A DNA stretch of 64,000 nucleotides from a phage: NCBI GenBank assembly GCA_014913405.1, contig GCA_014913405.1_3931.1. One strand, given 5' to 3'. A program made the translations under genes and the position numbers. Under the pieces are notes generated by a model, which was not told the origin of the DNA, did no database searches, and saw nothing but the letters and a program-made list of their open reading frames with translations. Position 1 is the first letter of the stretch. Each line of letters opens with the position of its first letter. Of the stretch, positions 34,237 through 49,034 are shown piece by piece.

Positions 34237-35343
34237 ATGTTGACTAATTCTGAAAAAAGCAGATTTTTCCTTGCTGACCTGACTGGTGAAGTCCAGTCTA
34301 TCCCAAATACTTATGGGTATATTTCCAACTTAGGTCTGTTCCGTTCAGCACCAATCACCCAAACTACTTTCCTTATGGACTTGACTGATTGGGATGTTAG
34401 CTTGCTTGATGCGGTAGACCGTGATAGCCGTAAAGCAGAGACTAGCGCACCTGAGCGTGTTCGTCAAATCAGCTTCCCAATGATGTACTTCAAAGAAGTT
34501 GAAAGCATTACTCCTGATGAAATTCAGGGTGTACGTCAGCCAGGCACTGCAAACGAACTGACTACTGAAGCTGTAGTACGTGCTAAGAAGCTGATGAAGA
34601 TTCGTACCAAGTTCGATATTACTCGTGAGTTCCTGTTTATGCAAGCTCTGAAGGGTAAAGTTGTTGATGCTCGTGGTACTCTGTATGCTGACCTGTACAA
34701 ACAGTTCGACGTTGAGAAGAAGACTGTTTACTTCGACCTTGACAACCCTAATGCTGACATCGACGCTTCTATTGAAGAACTGCGTATGCACATGGAAGAC
34801 GAAGCTAAGACTGGCACTGTAATCAACGGTGAAGAAATTCACGTAGTTGTTGACCGTGTATTCTTCAGCAAGCTGACTAAACACCCTAAGATTCGTGATG
34901 CCTATCTTGCACAGCAGACCCCACTGGCTTGGCAACAGATTACTGGTTCTCTGAGAACTGGTGGTACTGACGGCGTTCAGGCTCACATGAACACTTTCTA
35001 CTACGGTGGTGTTAAGTTTGTCCAGTACAACGGTAAGTTCAAAGACAAGCGTGGTAAGGTTCATACTCTGGTGAGCATTGATGGTGCTGGTGCAGAGGTT
35101 GGTGTAGGACACGCTTTCCCTAACGTTTCTATGCTGGGTGAAGCAAACAACATCTTCGAAGTGGCTTATGGCCCATGCCCTAAGATGGGTTACGCAAATA
35201 CACTTGGTCAGGAACTGTATGTATTCGAATACGAAAAAGACCGTGATGAAGGTATTGACTTCGAAGCTCACTCTTACATGCTGCCATACTGTACTCGTCC
35301 TCAGTTGCTGGTAGACGTTCGTTCTGACGCTAAAGACGAATAA
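34237..35343 (+). CDS. Major capsid protein (lambda gpE-like family)
   Basis: 368 aa; position after protease and decoration genes. Confidence 0.65.
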   Translation: MLTNSEKSRFFLADLTGEVQSIPNTYGYISNLGLFRSAPITQTTFLMDLTDWDVSLLDAVDRDSRKAETSAPERVRQISFPMMYFKEVESITPDEIQGVRQPGTANELTTEAVVRAKKLMKIRTKFDITREFLFMQALKGKVVDARGTLYADLYKQFDVEKKTVYFDLDNPNADIDASIEELRMHMEDEAKTGTVINGEEIHVVVDRVFFSKLTKHPKIRDAYLAQQTPLAWQQITGSLRTGGTDGVQAHMNTFYYGGVKFVQYNGKFKDKRGKVHTLVSIDGAGAEVGVGHAFPNVSMLGEANNIFEVAYGPCPKMGYANTLGQELYVFEYEKDRDEGIDFEAHSYMLPYCTRPQLLVDVRSDAKDE

Positions 35344-35364
35344 TATTCTTAAGGAGGGTTATGA

Positions 35365-35814
35365 ATGTGTTATACAGGCGACCCAGCCAATAACCCTCTT
35401 GATAGAGTAAGAATCCTCTGCACAGACACCAATAATGATGAAATTCTTATTGAACAGTCTGTGCTAGAGTGGTTCTATCTAGAATCTGGAAAGGATGAAA
35501 AGAAAGCAGCCATCAAAGCTCTTAAATATTTACTCTTTCAAGTAGCCAAGATGGGAGATGAGAAGGTTGGTGGTGTTTATTTACGTAACTCTTCCAGATT
35601 CAAATCTCTGAAAGCTGTTTATGATGACCTTGTTAAAAGCTCTGTTTCAGGACTACCCTATGCAGGTGGTATTAACCAGTGCGATATTGATATGCGTCGT
35701 CAGAATCCTTGCTCTGTCAAGAAATACACAGAATATGGTGATGCTGCCAGATACGAAGGCAGAGATTACTGCAACCGTGTTAATGGCGTATTTATTATCG
35801 AGCGAGATGAATAA
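35365..35814 (+). CDS. Head completion/hypothetical
   Basis: ORF in morphogenesis module. Confidence 0.45.
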   Translation: MCYTGDPANNPLDRVRILCTDTNNDEILIEQSVLEWFYLESGKDEKKAAIKALKYLLFQVAKMGDEKVGGVYLRNSSRFKSLKAVYDDLVKSSVSGLPYAGGINQCDIDMRRQNPCSVKKYTEYGDAARYEGRDYCNRVNGVFIIERDE

Positions 35815-36296
35815 TGGTTAAAAGGGTTATTCACCCCGCTAGAGCAAAATTAGTCGGGGCTATGAAGAACTTGCAAACGGCTAATGCTCAAGTTGGGTAT
35901 TTTCAAGAACAAGGTCAACATAGCTCTGGTTTTTCTTATCCTGCTTTAATGTATTTACAAGAAGTTATTGGGGTTCCTTCAGCTTCTGGTAAAGTATATC
36001 GTAGGTTGTTTGAAATCACTATGATGCTAAACAGACAGACCTTGTTAGAGCAGACTAAGAAGAATCTATATAAGCAACTTAGCAGTCTCAACACAGACCC
36101 TTCAAATACCCTAGAAGCATTTGCAAAGAATGCTCAAAAGGCAATTAAAAGAGGTTTTGGTAATTCTGCTATCCTCCCTCCTAACGCACCTTCCACAGTC
36201 AAGAAAAAAGGCTTTAATGCACCTCTTGTTGAGACAGGTGACTTAAGGGATAACCTTGCTTATAAAATTTCTACTAAGAAGGGTATTAAGAAATGA
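35814..36296 (+). CDS. Head-tail connector/hypothetical
   Basis: ORF coupled. Confidence 0.45.
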   Translation: MVKRVIHPARAKLVGAMKNLQTANAQVGYFQEQGQHSSGFSYPALMYLQEVIGVPSASGKVYRRLFEITMMLNRQTLLEQTKKNLYKQLSSLNTDPSNTLEAFAKNAQKAIKRGFGNSAILPPNAPSTVKKKGFNAPLVETGDLRDNLAYKISTKKGIKK

Positions 36297-36694
36297 GACT
36301 CTTAAACAGACACAGCTTTGTAGTAAAGCGTAAAGTCTCTGAAGACGGTTATTACAATGATGATGGTGATTGGGTAGCTTCACAAGATATTGTAGAGGTT
36401 AACTGCAAAGGTAATATCCAGCCATATATCAAAGGTTCTGTAAAGAACGGTACACAGATTGCTTTACCGGAAGGTATCAGGCTTACCGATACAAGAATCC
36501 TGTATACTACATATAAACTTAGAACTTCAGATGATGTAGAGTGGAATGAGTCTGACATTGTTATGATTGATGGTCATGAGTATGAAGTATTTATGACTAT
36601 GGATTGGTCACAGCAATTAGCCCATACGTCCCATTATGAATATATCATTATTAGAAGGGATAAAATGAATGCAGTTAGAAACAGCAGAACTTGA
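36293..36694 (+). CDS. Head-tail joining/hypothetical
   Basis: ORF coupled. Confidence 0.45.
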   Translation: MRLLNRHSFVVKRKVSEDGYYNDDGDWVASQDIVEVNCKGNIQPYIKGSVKNGTQIALPEGIRLTDTRILYTTYKLRTSDDVEWNESDIVMIDGHEYEVFMTMDWSQQLAHTSHYEYIIIRRDKMNAVRNSRT

Positions 36695-37268
36695 AAAAGG
36701 TCTAGTTAGAACCTTAGTGGATGTTATTGGTCACAGACTAGCTCGTGATAAAAATAATAGACCAAATGTAATTAGAGCTTACCCTTCTGATAACTCAAAT
36801 GACAAAGGTTTAAAACCTGACCAGCCATTTATTACCGTATATTGTCAAGATGCTGCAACACCTTATGGTTGGGTTCTTGATAAGTTTGTTGAGGATGATG
36901 TAGTTTGCTACAGAATTGCTTTTCAGATTCCAGTATTAATTACGGTAAATGGTAAAGGTGCTCACAGTATTATGCTTGAGCTTAAACAACGATTAGAGAT
37001 GAGTTCAGTCAGAGATTTAATTCTTGAAGAGACAGGAGCTACAGTTTTAGACACTGGAGCTATCCCGAATGACTATACCTATCTCAATACAGATTTCGAA
37101 AATTCTGCGCCTCTTGTTGTAACTCTTGTAAAAAATTCAGTCCTGAAAGATGAACGTGGGGGAATTATTGAACGTGTCATTGTTGATGGTGAATTAGTTT
37201 ACGAAGAAGGACAAGAGCCACCAGAATATACTATCCATCTAGATGTAGACTCCAAAGGGGTAAAATAA
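36669..37268 (+). CDS. Tail completion/hypothetical
   Basis: ORF coupled. Confidence 0.45.
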   Translation: MQLETAELEKGLVRTLVDVIGHRLARDKNNRPNVIRAYPSDNSNDKGLKPDQPFITVYCQDAATPYGWVLDKFVEDDVVCYRIAFQIPVLITVNGKGAHSIMLELKQRLEMSSVRDLILEETGATVLDTGAIPNDYTYLNTDFENSAPLVVTLVKNSVLKDERGGIIERVIVDGELVYEEGQEPPEYTIHLDVDSKGVK

Positions 37269-38621
37269 ATGTGGAATCCAATTGTTAATGTAGATATTAC
37301 ATTGAACACCGCAGGAACTACAAGAGAAGGTTTTGGGCTACCACTATTTTTAGCTTCAACAGATAACTTTGAAGAAAGAGTCCGTGGTTACACTTCCTTA
37401 ACTGAAGTTGCTGAAGATTTCGATGAAAACTCTGCTGCATATAAGGCTGCTAAACAACTTTGGAGTCAGACTCCTAAAGTAACTCAGCTTTATATTGGTA
37501 GACGTGCTATGCAGTACACTGTATCAATTCCTGATGAGGTTACTGAGAGCACCGACTATTCTTTAACTGTAGCTGTGAGCGGTGGAGTTTCTCAGCCATT
37601 CCAGTACACTTCACAGTCAGAAGATACTGCTGAGAAGGTGCTACAGCAGCTTAAAACTCAGATTGAAGCAGAGCCTTCTGTAAAAGACCTTGTTACCGTC
37701 AATGTAACTGGTGCTGGTGGTTCAGCAACAATGGTAATCACCAAAGCGGGTGACAATGACTTCGTGAAGGTTACCACTACAGCACAAACAGTGTCAATTG
37801 CAAGTACAACTGCTGACACAGCATCGACTGCTCTGGCAGCTATTGAGGCTTATTCAACTGACTGGTATTTCATTGCAGCAGAAGACAGAACTCAACAGTT
37901 TGTCTTAGCAATGGCTTCTGAGATTCAAGCTCGTAAGAAGATTTTCTTTACAGCTAACTCTGATGTAACAGCCCTACAAGGTACAGAATTATCCAGTGCA
38001 AATGATGTTCCAGCACAACTTGCTAAGAATAAGTACACTCGTACAGTTTGCTTGTGGCATCACACAGCAGCAGAAGATTATCCAGAAATGGCATACATTG
38101 CTTATGGTGCTCCTTATGATGCAGGTTCAATTGCTTGGGGTAACGCACAGTTAACTGGTGTAGCTGCTTCTCTACAGCCATCTAATCAGAGACCTCTGAC
38201 AAGTATTCAGAAGTCAGCTTTAGATGCACGTCACTGTAACTTTATTGACCTTGATGGTGGTGTTCCAGTGGTTCGTAGAGGGATTACTTCTGGTGGGGAA
38301 TGGATTGATATCATCCGTGGTGTTGACTGGTTAGAATCAGACCTGAAAACTTCTCTGAGAGACTTGCTAATTAACCAGAAGGGTGGTAAGATTACTTATG
38401 ATGATACTGGTATTACCCGTATTCGTCAAGTCATTGAAACCTCTCTGCAAAGAGCAGTCAACAGAAACTTCCTGTCATCTTACACAGTTAATGTTCCTAA
38501 AGCCTCTCAAGTTGCTTTGGCAGACAAGAAAGCTCGTATCCTGAAAGACGTTACCTTCTCAGGTATCTTAGCAGGGGCTATCTTGGATGTTGACTTGAAA
38601 GGTACAGTGGCTTACGAATAA
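37269..38621 (+). CDS. Tail sheath-like major tail protein
   Basis: 450 aa followed by 148-aa tube candidate and strong terminator. Confidence 0.5.
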   Translation: MWNPIVNVDITLNTAGTTREGFGLPLFLASTDNFEERVRGYTSLTEVAEDFDENSAAYKAAKQLWSQTPKVTQLYIGRRAMQYTVSIPDEVTESTDYSLTVAVSGGVSQPFQYTSQSEDTAEKVLQQLKTQIEAEPSVKDLVTVNVTGAGGSATMVITKAGDNDFVKVTTTAQTVSIASTTADTASTALAAIEAYSTDWYFIAAEDRTQQFVLAMASEIQARKKIFFTANSDVTALQGTELSSANDVPAQLAKNKYTRTVCLWHHTAAEDYPEMAYIAYGAPYDAGSIAWGNAQLTGVAASLQPSNQRPLTSIQKSALDARHCNFIDLDGGVPVVRRGITSGGEWIDIIRGVDWLESDLKTSLRDLLINQKGGKITYDDTGITRIRQVIETSLQRAVNRNFLSSYTVNVPKASQVALADKKARILKDVTFSGILAGAILDVDLKGTVAYE

Positions 38622-38636
38622 TAGAGGTAAATTGGA

Positions 38637-39083
38637 ATGGCTATGTATCAGCAATATTCCCCTAAAGACGTTGTGTGTAGCTGGAATGGTATTGCCATTG
38701 AAGGCTTTGCCCCAGACTCATTCTTACGTCTACAGAGAACATCACCACTTGTGACACCAGTTGTAGGTGCAGGTGGTCAAGTTGCTCTGACAAGAAATGC
38801 AGACAAGACAGGTACTATTGAGATTGAGTTAATGCAGACTTCTCTCTCTAACCAGATGCTTTCTGCAATTCAAGCTAAACAAGACAATATGGAACTTGAA
38901 GAAGATATCTCTTCTAACTTCGTAATCTACGACCCATCAGGCTCTGTTCTGGCAACTGGTATTAATGCTTGGTTGCAGGAATTACCACAGATTGAACTTG
39001 GTCGTGACCAGAACTCTAAGACTTGGATTTTTGGTTGTGAGAAGCTAGACTACACTTCTACAATTCCAGCGTCAAGTGTTTAA
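38637..39083 (+). CDS. Tail tube protein candidate
   Basis: 148 aa, position. Confidence 0.5.
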   Translation: MAMYQQYSPKDVVCSWNGIAIEGFAPDSFLRLQRTSPLVTPVVGAGGQVALTRNADKTGTIEIELMQTSLSNQMLSAIQAKQDNMELEEDISSNFVIYDPSGSVLATGINAWLQELPQIELGRDQNSKTWIFGCEKLDYTSTIPASSV

Positions 39084-39087
39084 TAAA

Positions 39088-39128
39088 TCCTATAAGGGGG
39101 AGACTTTAAAAGGTCTTCCCCTTTTTTG
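39088..39128 (+). terminator. Rho-independent terminator after tube gene
   Basis: GGGGAGAC...GTCTTCCCC hairpin followed by T6. Confidence 0.6.
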
Positions 39129-39156
39129 TTTCTTTTAAAAATATTAAGGAATCACA

Positions 39157-39555
39157 ATGAAAACAGAATCTAGAGTAATTAATGGTAAGAAAGTAAATAT
39201 CGTTCTGCTTGGGGCAAGAGATGGTATTAAGATGTCTATGAAGTTGGGTAAAATTGTTGTTCCAACCTTTGCACAGATGCTGTCAAGTCTGACTGATAAA
39301 GACAAGAAAGAAGCTCCAATGGTTCCATTTAAAGAACTTGTTGAAGCTTGTTTTGACAGAATTGAAGAAATTAACCTTGAAGAAATGGCTACCTTACTAT
39401 TTCAAGGGGCGACTGTTGATGACTTCCCACTAAATATTGATACCTACTTCCAAGCAAACTACGGTGAATTTATTGATTACTTAGCATTTGCGCTGGAGGC
39501 AAACTTCGGAAGTTTTTTCGAAGCAAGCATTTTCAAAAGCCTAACTTCTCAGTAA
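39157..39555 (+). CDS. Tail assembly chaperone (gpG-like)
   Basis: Position before tape measure; slippery site near 3' end. Confidence 0.6.
   Translation: MKTESRVINGKKVNIVLLGARDGIKMSMKLGKIVVPTFAQMLSSLTDKDKKEAPMVPFKELVEACFDRIEEINLEEMATLLFQGATVDDFPLNIDTYFQANYGEFIDYLAFALEANFGSFFEASIFKSLTSQ
39512..39518 (+). other. Programmed -1 ribosomal frameshift heptamer T-TTT-TTC
   Basis: XXXYYYZ in zero frame; -1 frame open into 39558-39797 ORF. Confidence 0.6.
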
Positions 39556-39557
39556 AC

Positions 39558-39796
39558 ATGGGTAACACTCTACAGACACCACTGACTGATGCTGCTGTAG
39601 AGGCAACCTATGAAGAAGCAGACGAGATGAAATTTGTGCTTGCTATTTATGGTATGGAAGGGTGTAAAGAAACACTTGACCAACTCTTTGCTATGACATT
39701 CTCTGATTTATTATCATTGAGACAATTTCTTGAGATTCAGAGGTCGTATAAAGAGGAAATTGCTTACAACGAACTTAGAAGAGCAGGAAAAATGTA

Positions 39797-39797
<1 letters not shown>
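39558..39797 (+). CDS. Tail assembly chaperone extension (gpT-like, expressed as G-T fusion)
   Basis: ORF in -1 frame relative to upstream chaperone. Confidence 0.55.
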
Positions 39798-45181
<5,384 letters not shown>

Positions 45182-45182
<1 letters not shown>

Positions 45183-46651
45183 TGGCAGGATTAACTACAA
45201 CAGGATTACAAACTCTAAGATATCAGGAAATTTTTGATAATATCAAATCAAGACTTCTTAGAGATATTTCACCAAACCTTGACGTCTCTGAAGATAGCCA
45301 ATTAGGTCTCTTCCTAGCTTCAATTGCAAGGTCTTTAGCAGATACACATGAGATTCTATCAGAAATCTATGACGGCGGCACAATTGACAAGGCTGAAGGA
45401 TTTAACCTTGATGATATTACAGCTTTGAATGCTGTATACAGATATGTTGCTCAGGCAACAAGGGGTCAGGTTGAGTTTACTGGAACAACTGGTGCTACCA
45501 TCTCTTCAACAACAAGATTGAGAAGTACTGCTGGAAATATCTTTTATCCAGTTAACAATATTACCCTTACCCCATCATATTGTGTTGAAGCTGTTCTTGA
45601 AGTTAACTCTTTACGAACTGATGCAGATTATGTTATTATTATTGATAACGTTATTTTCTCGTATAAACCAACCTCATCAGACACAATTACCACACTCCTA
45701 ACTAGATTAGCAGAGTCTATTAATGGTGGTATTGTAGCAAAAGCAGAAGTTATCAATGATGGAGCCGCATTAAGAGTCTATAAAGATGAGGGTGATATCA
45801 TTGCAAGAACAAATCCTATGGTTGTCACTGCGACAACGTTTCTGACCTTTACAAAGATTACAACTATCTCAGATGTAGTAGCTGAAGAGGTTGGTGCTAT
45901 TCCTGCTTTAGCTGGAACTCTTATTGAGATTGAGACAACTGTTGATGGTCTTGACAGCATCTATAACAGGTATGACTTAACGACTGGTAGAAACGAAGAA
46001 ACTGACACAGAACTTAGACAGAGATATTTAGAATCCTTAGCAGTTACTGGTGTAGGGACTTTGGATGCAATTGTAGCTGCTGTTAAAAGAGTTCAAGGGG
46101 TCTCAGATGCTTCAGGTGTTGAAAATGATACTGAAGAGACGAACTCAGAAGGTCTTCCACCAAAATCTTTTAAGATTGTCGTAGTTGGTGGTCAAAATGA
46201 TAATGTTGCTCAAGCAATCTGGGATACAAAACCTGCTGGTATTAGGGCTTATGGCTCGATTTTTGGCACAGCCTATGATTTAGGTGGTTTAGCACATAAT
46301 ATTTATTTTAGCAGACCAACACCAAAATACGCATTTGTTAAAGTCTCTTACTCTTTATATGACGAAGAAAGCTTGACAATCCCTGAAGAGGATATCAGAG
46401 ACAGTATTGTACAAGGTATTAATGCCTACGGAAGAACTCTTAAGGTTGGTAATGACGTTATCCCTAACAGAATTTATGGGTACATCTATGACGTAATCAA
46501 AGGTATTGAGATTAATGAGGTGAAAGTAGCATTATCAAACAGCCAATCAGTTCCACCTAGTGACGGACAATATACTACAGCAAGAATTACTGTTGACGGT
46601 GACCAATATACTGTTTGGGAAAGTAGCCAGTATACCATCACTAAGGAGTAA
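45182..46651 (+). CDS. Baseplate J-like protein
   Basis: 489 aa, position. Confidence 0.45.
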
Positions 46652-46653
46652 TA

Positions 46654-47508
46654 ATGTTTGAAAAGATTGATAGTGTTTATTATAAAACACTTGATGAAAG
46701 GACTGTAACACAGTTTAAAGATAAATTTATCTATACAAGTATCTTGAAAGCAATCACTGATGAGCTACAAACACTAGAGGATGTTTGCTGGCAGATGCAC
46801 ACAGAGAGAAATATCAGGACGTCAGTAGGTCAACAACTTGATAATATTGGCTCACTGATTAAAGTTCCTAGACCTTTAGGTGCTGATGATGAAACATACA
46901 GAGCTATGCTTTATATCCAAATCTTCCTAAGACGCTCTGACACCACCCCAACATTCTTGCAAAAAGCAATTATGACGCTATACGGTGCAACTTTCTCTCA
47001 GATTTTTGAGCATATTACTCCTAAGACTGGTGGTATCGTTATCCGTATCAACACTAGAAAAAGCGTTCTAGATGCTGCATATACACTATCAAAGATTTCT
47101 GCAACAACTACTGGCTCCGCTGTTATCTTAAGAGATGTTACTTTAAATGGGACTGCTTGGACACCTGTAGAGGTTGCTGATTCATCACTTGCTATTGTTG
47201 ATGATAAAGAGAACTGGTTTGTAACTGATGCTAACAGGGGTCTGGTAACAAATAACACTGGTGGCTCTCTGGAGTCCAACCTAGTAGGGAGTCTTGCAGA
47301 TGCTGGTGTTATTGATGGTTACTTTAAGGTTGACAGAACAGCAAACCCACAGAGCGATGATTATATGACTGTAGATAGGTCCAATAATAGTGGCTATTTC
47401 ATTGCTGGTAAAGAAGCTATTGCAGGTGGTGCATATGGAATCATGGCTGAGGTTGCACAAATTGTCAAAGGCAGAAAAGATAAATCACAACAAGAAGGAA
47501 ATTCTTAA
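46654..47508 (+). CDS. Baseplate/tail-fibre attachment protein (gpI-like) candidate
   Basis: 284 aa, position. Confidence 0.35.
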   Translation: MFEKIDSVYYKTLDERTVTQFKDKFIYTSILKAITDELQTLEDVCWQMHTERNIRTSVGQQLDNIGSLIKVPRPLGADDETYRAMLYIQIFLRRSDTTPTFLQKAIMTLYGATFSQIFEHITPKTGGIVIRINTRKSVLDAAYTLSKISATTTGSAVILRDVTLNGTAWTPVEVADSSLAIVDDKENWFVTDANRGLVTNNTGGSLESNLVGSLADAGVIDGYFKVDRTANPQSDDYMTVDRSNNSGYFIAGKEAIAGGAYGIMAEVAQIVKGRKDKSQQEGNS

Positions 47509-47810
47509 TGGCAGTTCTAAATTGGTCTACAAACGAAGTAGATACTGATGGTAATCAGTTAAAAGTTTTACCACCACCGGAAGTTCAAGAGACAGGTCTT
47601 TTAAAGGGTGAGCCTATGGGTAGACAGTGGTTCAACTATATTATCAACTACCTGCTGAATAAAGTAAATGGCACTGTTGGTGAAGTTCGTTCATATGCAA
47701 CTGAGCAACCAGATTTAGTGGCTAATGGCTGGAATCTCATTAAGTCTGAGACAGGGACTGCATCAACAAGTACAAGAAACCTTTACACATATGAATATGT
47801 AGGAGCTTAA
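47508..47810 (+). CDS. Hypothetical tail protein
   Basis: ORF coupled. Confidence 0.4.
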   Translation: MAVLNWSTNEVDTDGNQLKVLPPPEVQETGLLKGEPMGRQWFNYIINYLLNKVNGTVGEVRSYATEQPDLVANGWNLIKSETGTASTSTRNLYTYEYVGA

Positions 47811-47812
47811 TA

Positions 47813-48988
47813 ATGGCAGTAGGTGAAATTCAAATTAGTGCCTTGCCACAAGCGGCCTTACCAGTTGATTTGAGTGATATCTTCCACCTTAAGCAAGGTG
47901 TTGAGGATAAAAGATGTACGCTTGAGCAGTTGTTAGCACCTCACGCATCTTTGAGGAATAACCCTCATGGTGTAACTAAATCACAAGTAGGTCTTGATAA
48001 TGTTATTAACTCTCTTCAATTAGTTGCAGCTAATAACTTGTCAGATATTGTAAGTGTTGCTGAGGCAAGAGCAAATCTACAAATTATGTCGTCAGAGGAA
48101 GTGAATAACTTAATTCAGCAACATATTGACGACAAAAGTAACCCACACAATACAACGAAAGCACAGGTTGGTTTAAGTAATGTTCAGAACTGGACAACAT
48201 CTAATCTGTACAATGAAGATGCTGATAAGTATGCTACCGCGAAAGCAGTTAATAATTTATACAAAGCTATCCAAGCGTCATATCCAGTAGGGACTATTCA
48301 TCTATCTGTTAACTCTGCTAACCCATCCACTTACTTGCTTTGTGGAGGTACTTGGGAGTTAGTTTCTAAAGGTAGAGCACTAGTTGGTTATGATACAGAT
48401 TCTAGACCTGTTGGTTCAACGTTTGGTTCTCAGACTGTAGCATTAACAAATAATAATTTACCAGCACATACTCACTCTATCTATCTAACAGGTGGTGGTC
48501 ATACACACTCTGCAAGTGTATCTATCTCTAGTTTTGATTATGGTTCAAAAAGTACATCAACTTTTGATTACGGTACAAAAACGACTAATAGTGCTGGTGC
48601 TCACACTCACACGTTTAGTGGCACAACAAGTAATGCTGGTAACCACAACCATAGAGTCCCTATGAGGGGTAATGATAGGGGTGGCACAAACGCTATTACT
48701 GCATCTGCTGATGCTGGTGTTGGTAATGCTATGTATACTGATTTAGCTGGTGCTCACACCCATAGCTTCTCAGGTACAACTGCATCATCTGGTGCTCATA
48801 GCCATACTGTCGCAATTGGTGCTCACAGCCACACTGTTAATATTGGTTCGCACAGTCATACAGGCACTGTTACTGTTTCTAGCTCTGAGCATACACACTC
48901 AGGGACATCTGGTTCTGTTGGTGGTGGTCAAGCTTTCAGTGTTGAGCAGCCATCTTTTGTAGTGTATGTGTGGCAGAGAACAGCTTAA
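47813..48988 (+). CDS. Tail fibre with His-rich repeats and collar-type C-terminus
   Basis: Repeated (A/S)H(T/S)H(S/T) motifs; C-terminal GGGQAFSVEQPSFVVYVWQRTA. Confidence 0.7.
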   Translation: MAVGEIQISALPQAALPVDLSDIFHLKQGVEDKRCTLEQLLAPHASLRNNPHGVTKSQVGLDNVINSLQLVAANNLSDIVSVAEARANLQIMSSEEVNNLIQQHIDDKSNPHNTTKAQVGLSNVQNWTTSNLYNEDADKYATAKAVNNLYKAIQASYPVGTIHLSVNSANPSTYLLCGGTWELVSKGRALVGYDTDSRPVGSTFGSQTVALTNNNLPAHTHSIYLTGGGHTHSASVSISSFDYGSKSTSTFDYGTKTTNSAGAHTHTFSGTTSNAGNHNHRVPMRGNDRGGTNAITASADAGVGNAMYTDLAGAHTHSFSGTTASSGAHSHTVAIGAHSHTVNIGSHSHTGTVTVSSSEHTHSGTSGSVGGGQAFSVEQPSFVVYVWQRTA

Positions 48989-48997
48989 TTTCTTTAC

Positions 48998-49018
48998 AGG
49001 GGCTATAAAGCCCCTTTT
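48998..49018 (+). terminator. Hairpin plus T-run between the two fibre genes
   Basis: GGGGCTATAAAGCCCC followed by TTTT. Confidence 0.5.
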
Positions 49019-49034
49019 AAGAGGAAAATTCATA

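Noticed and set aside
48966-49034. Track start at 48966 for the large tail fibre
   Set aside because: It would overlap the preceding fibre gene and its terminator hairpin; an in-frame ATG at 49035 has a good SD, and the N-terminal MCGREQLNFF... looks non-native.
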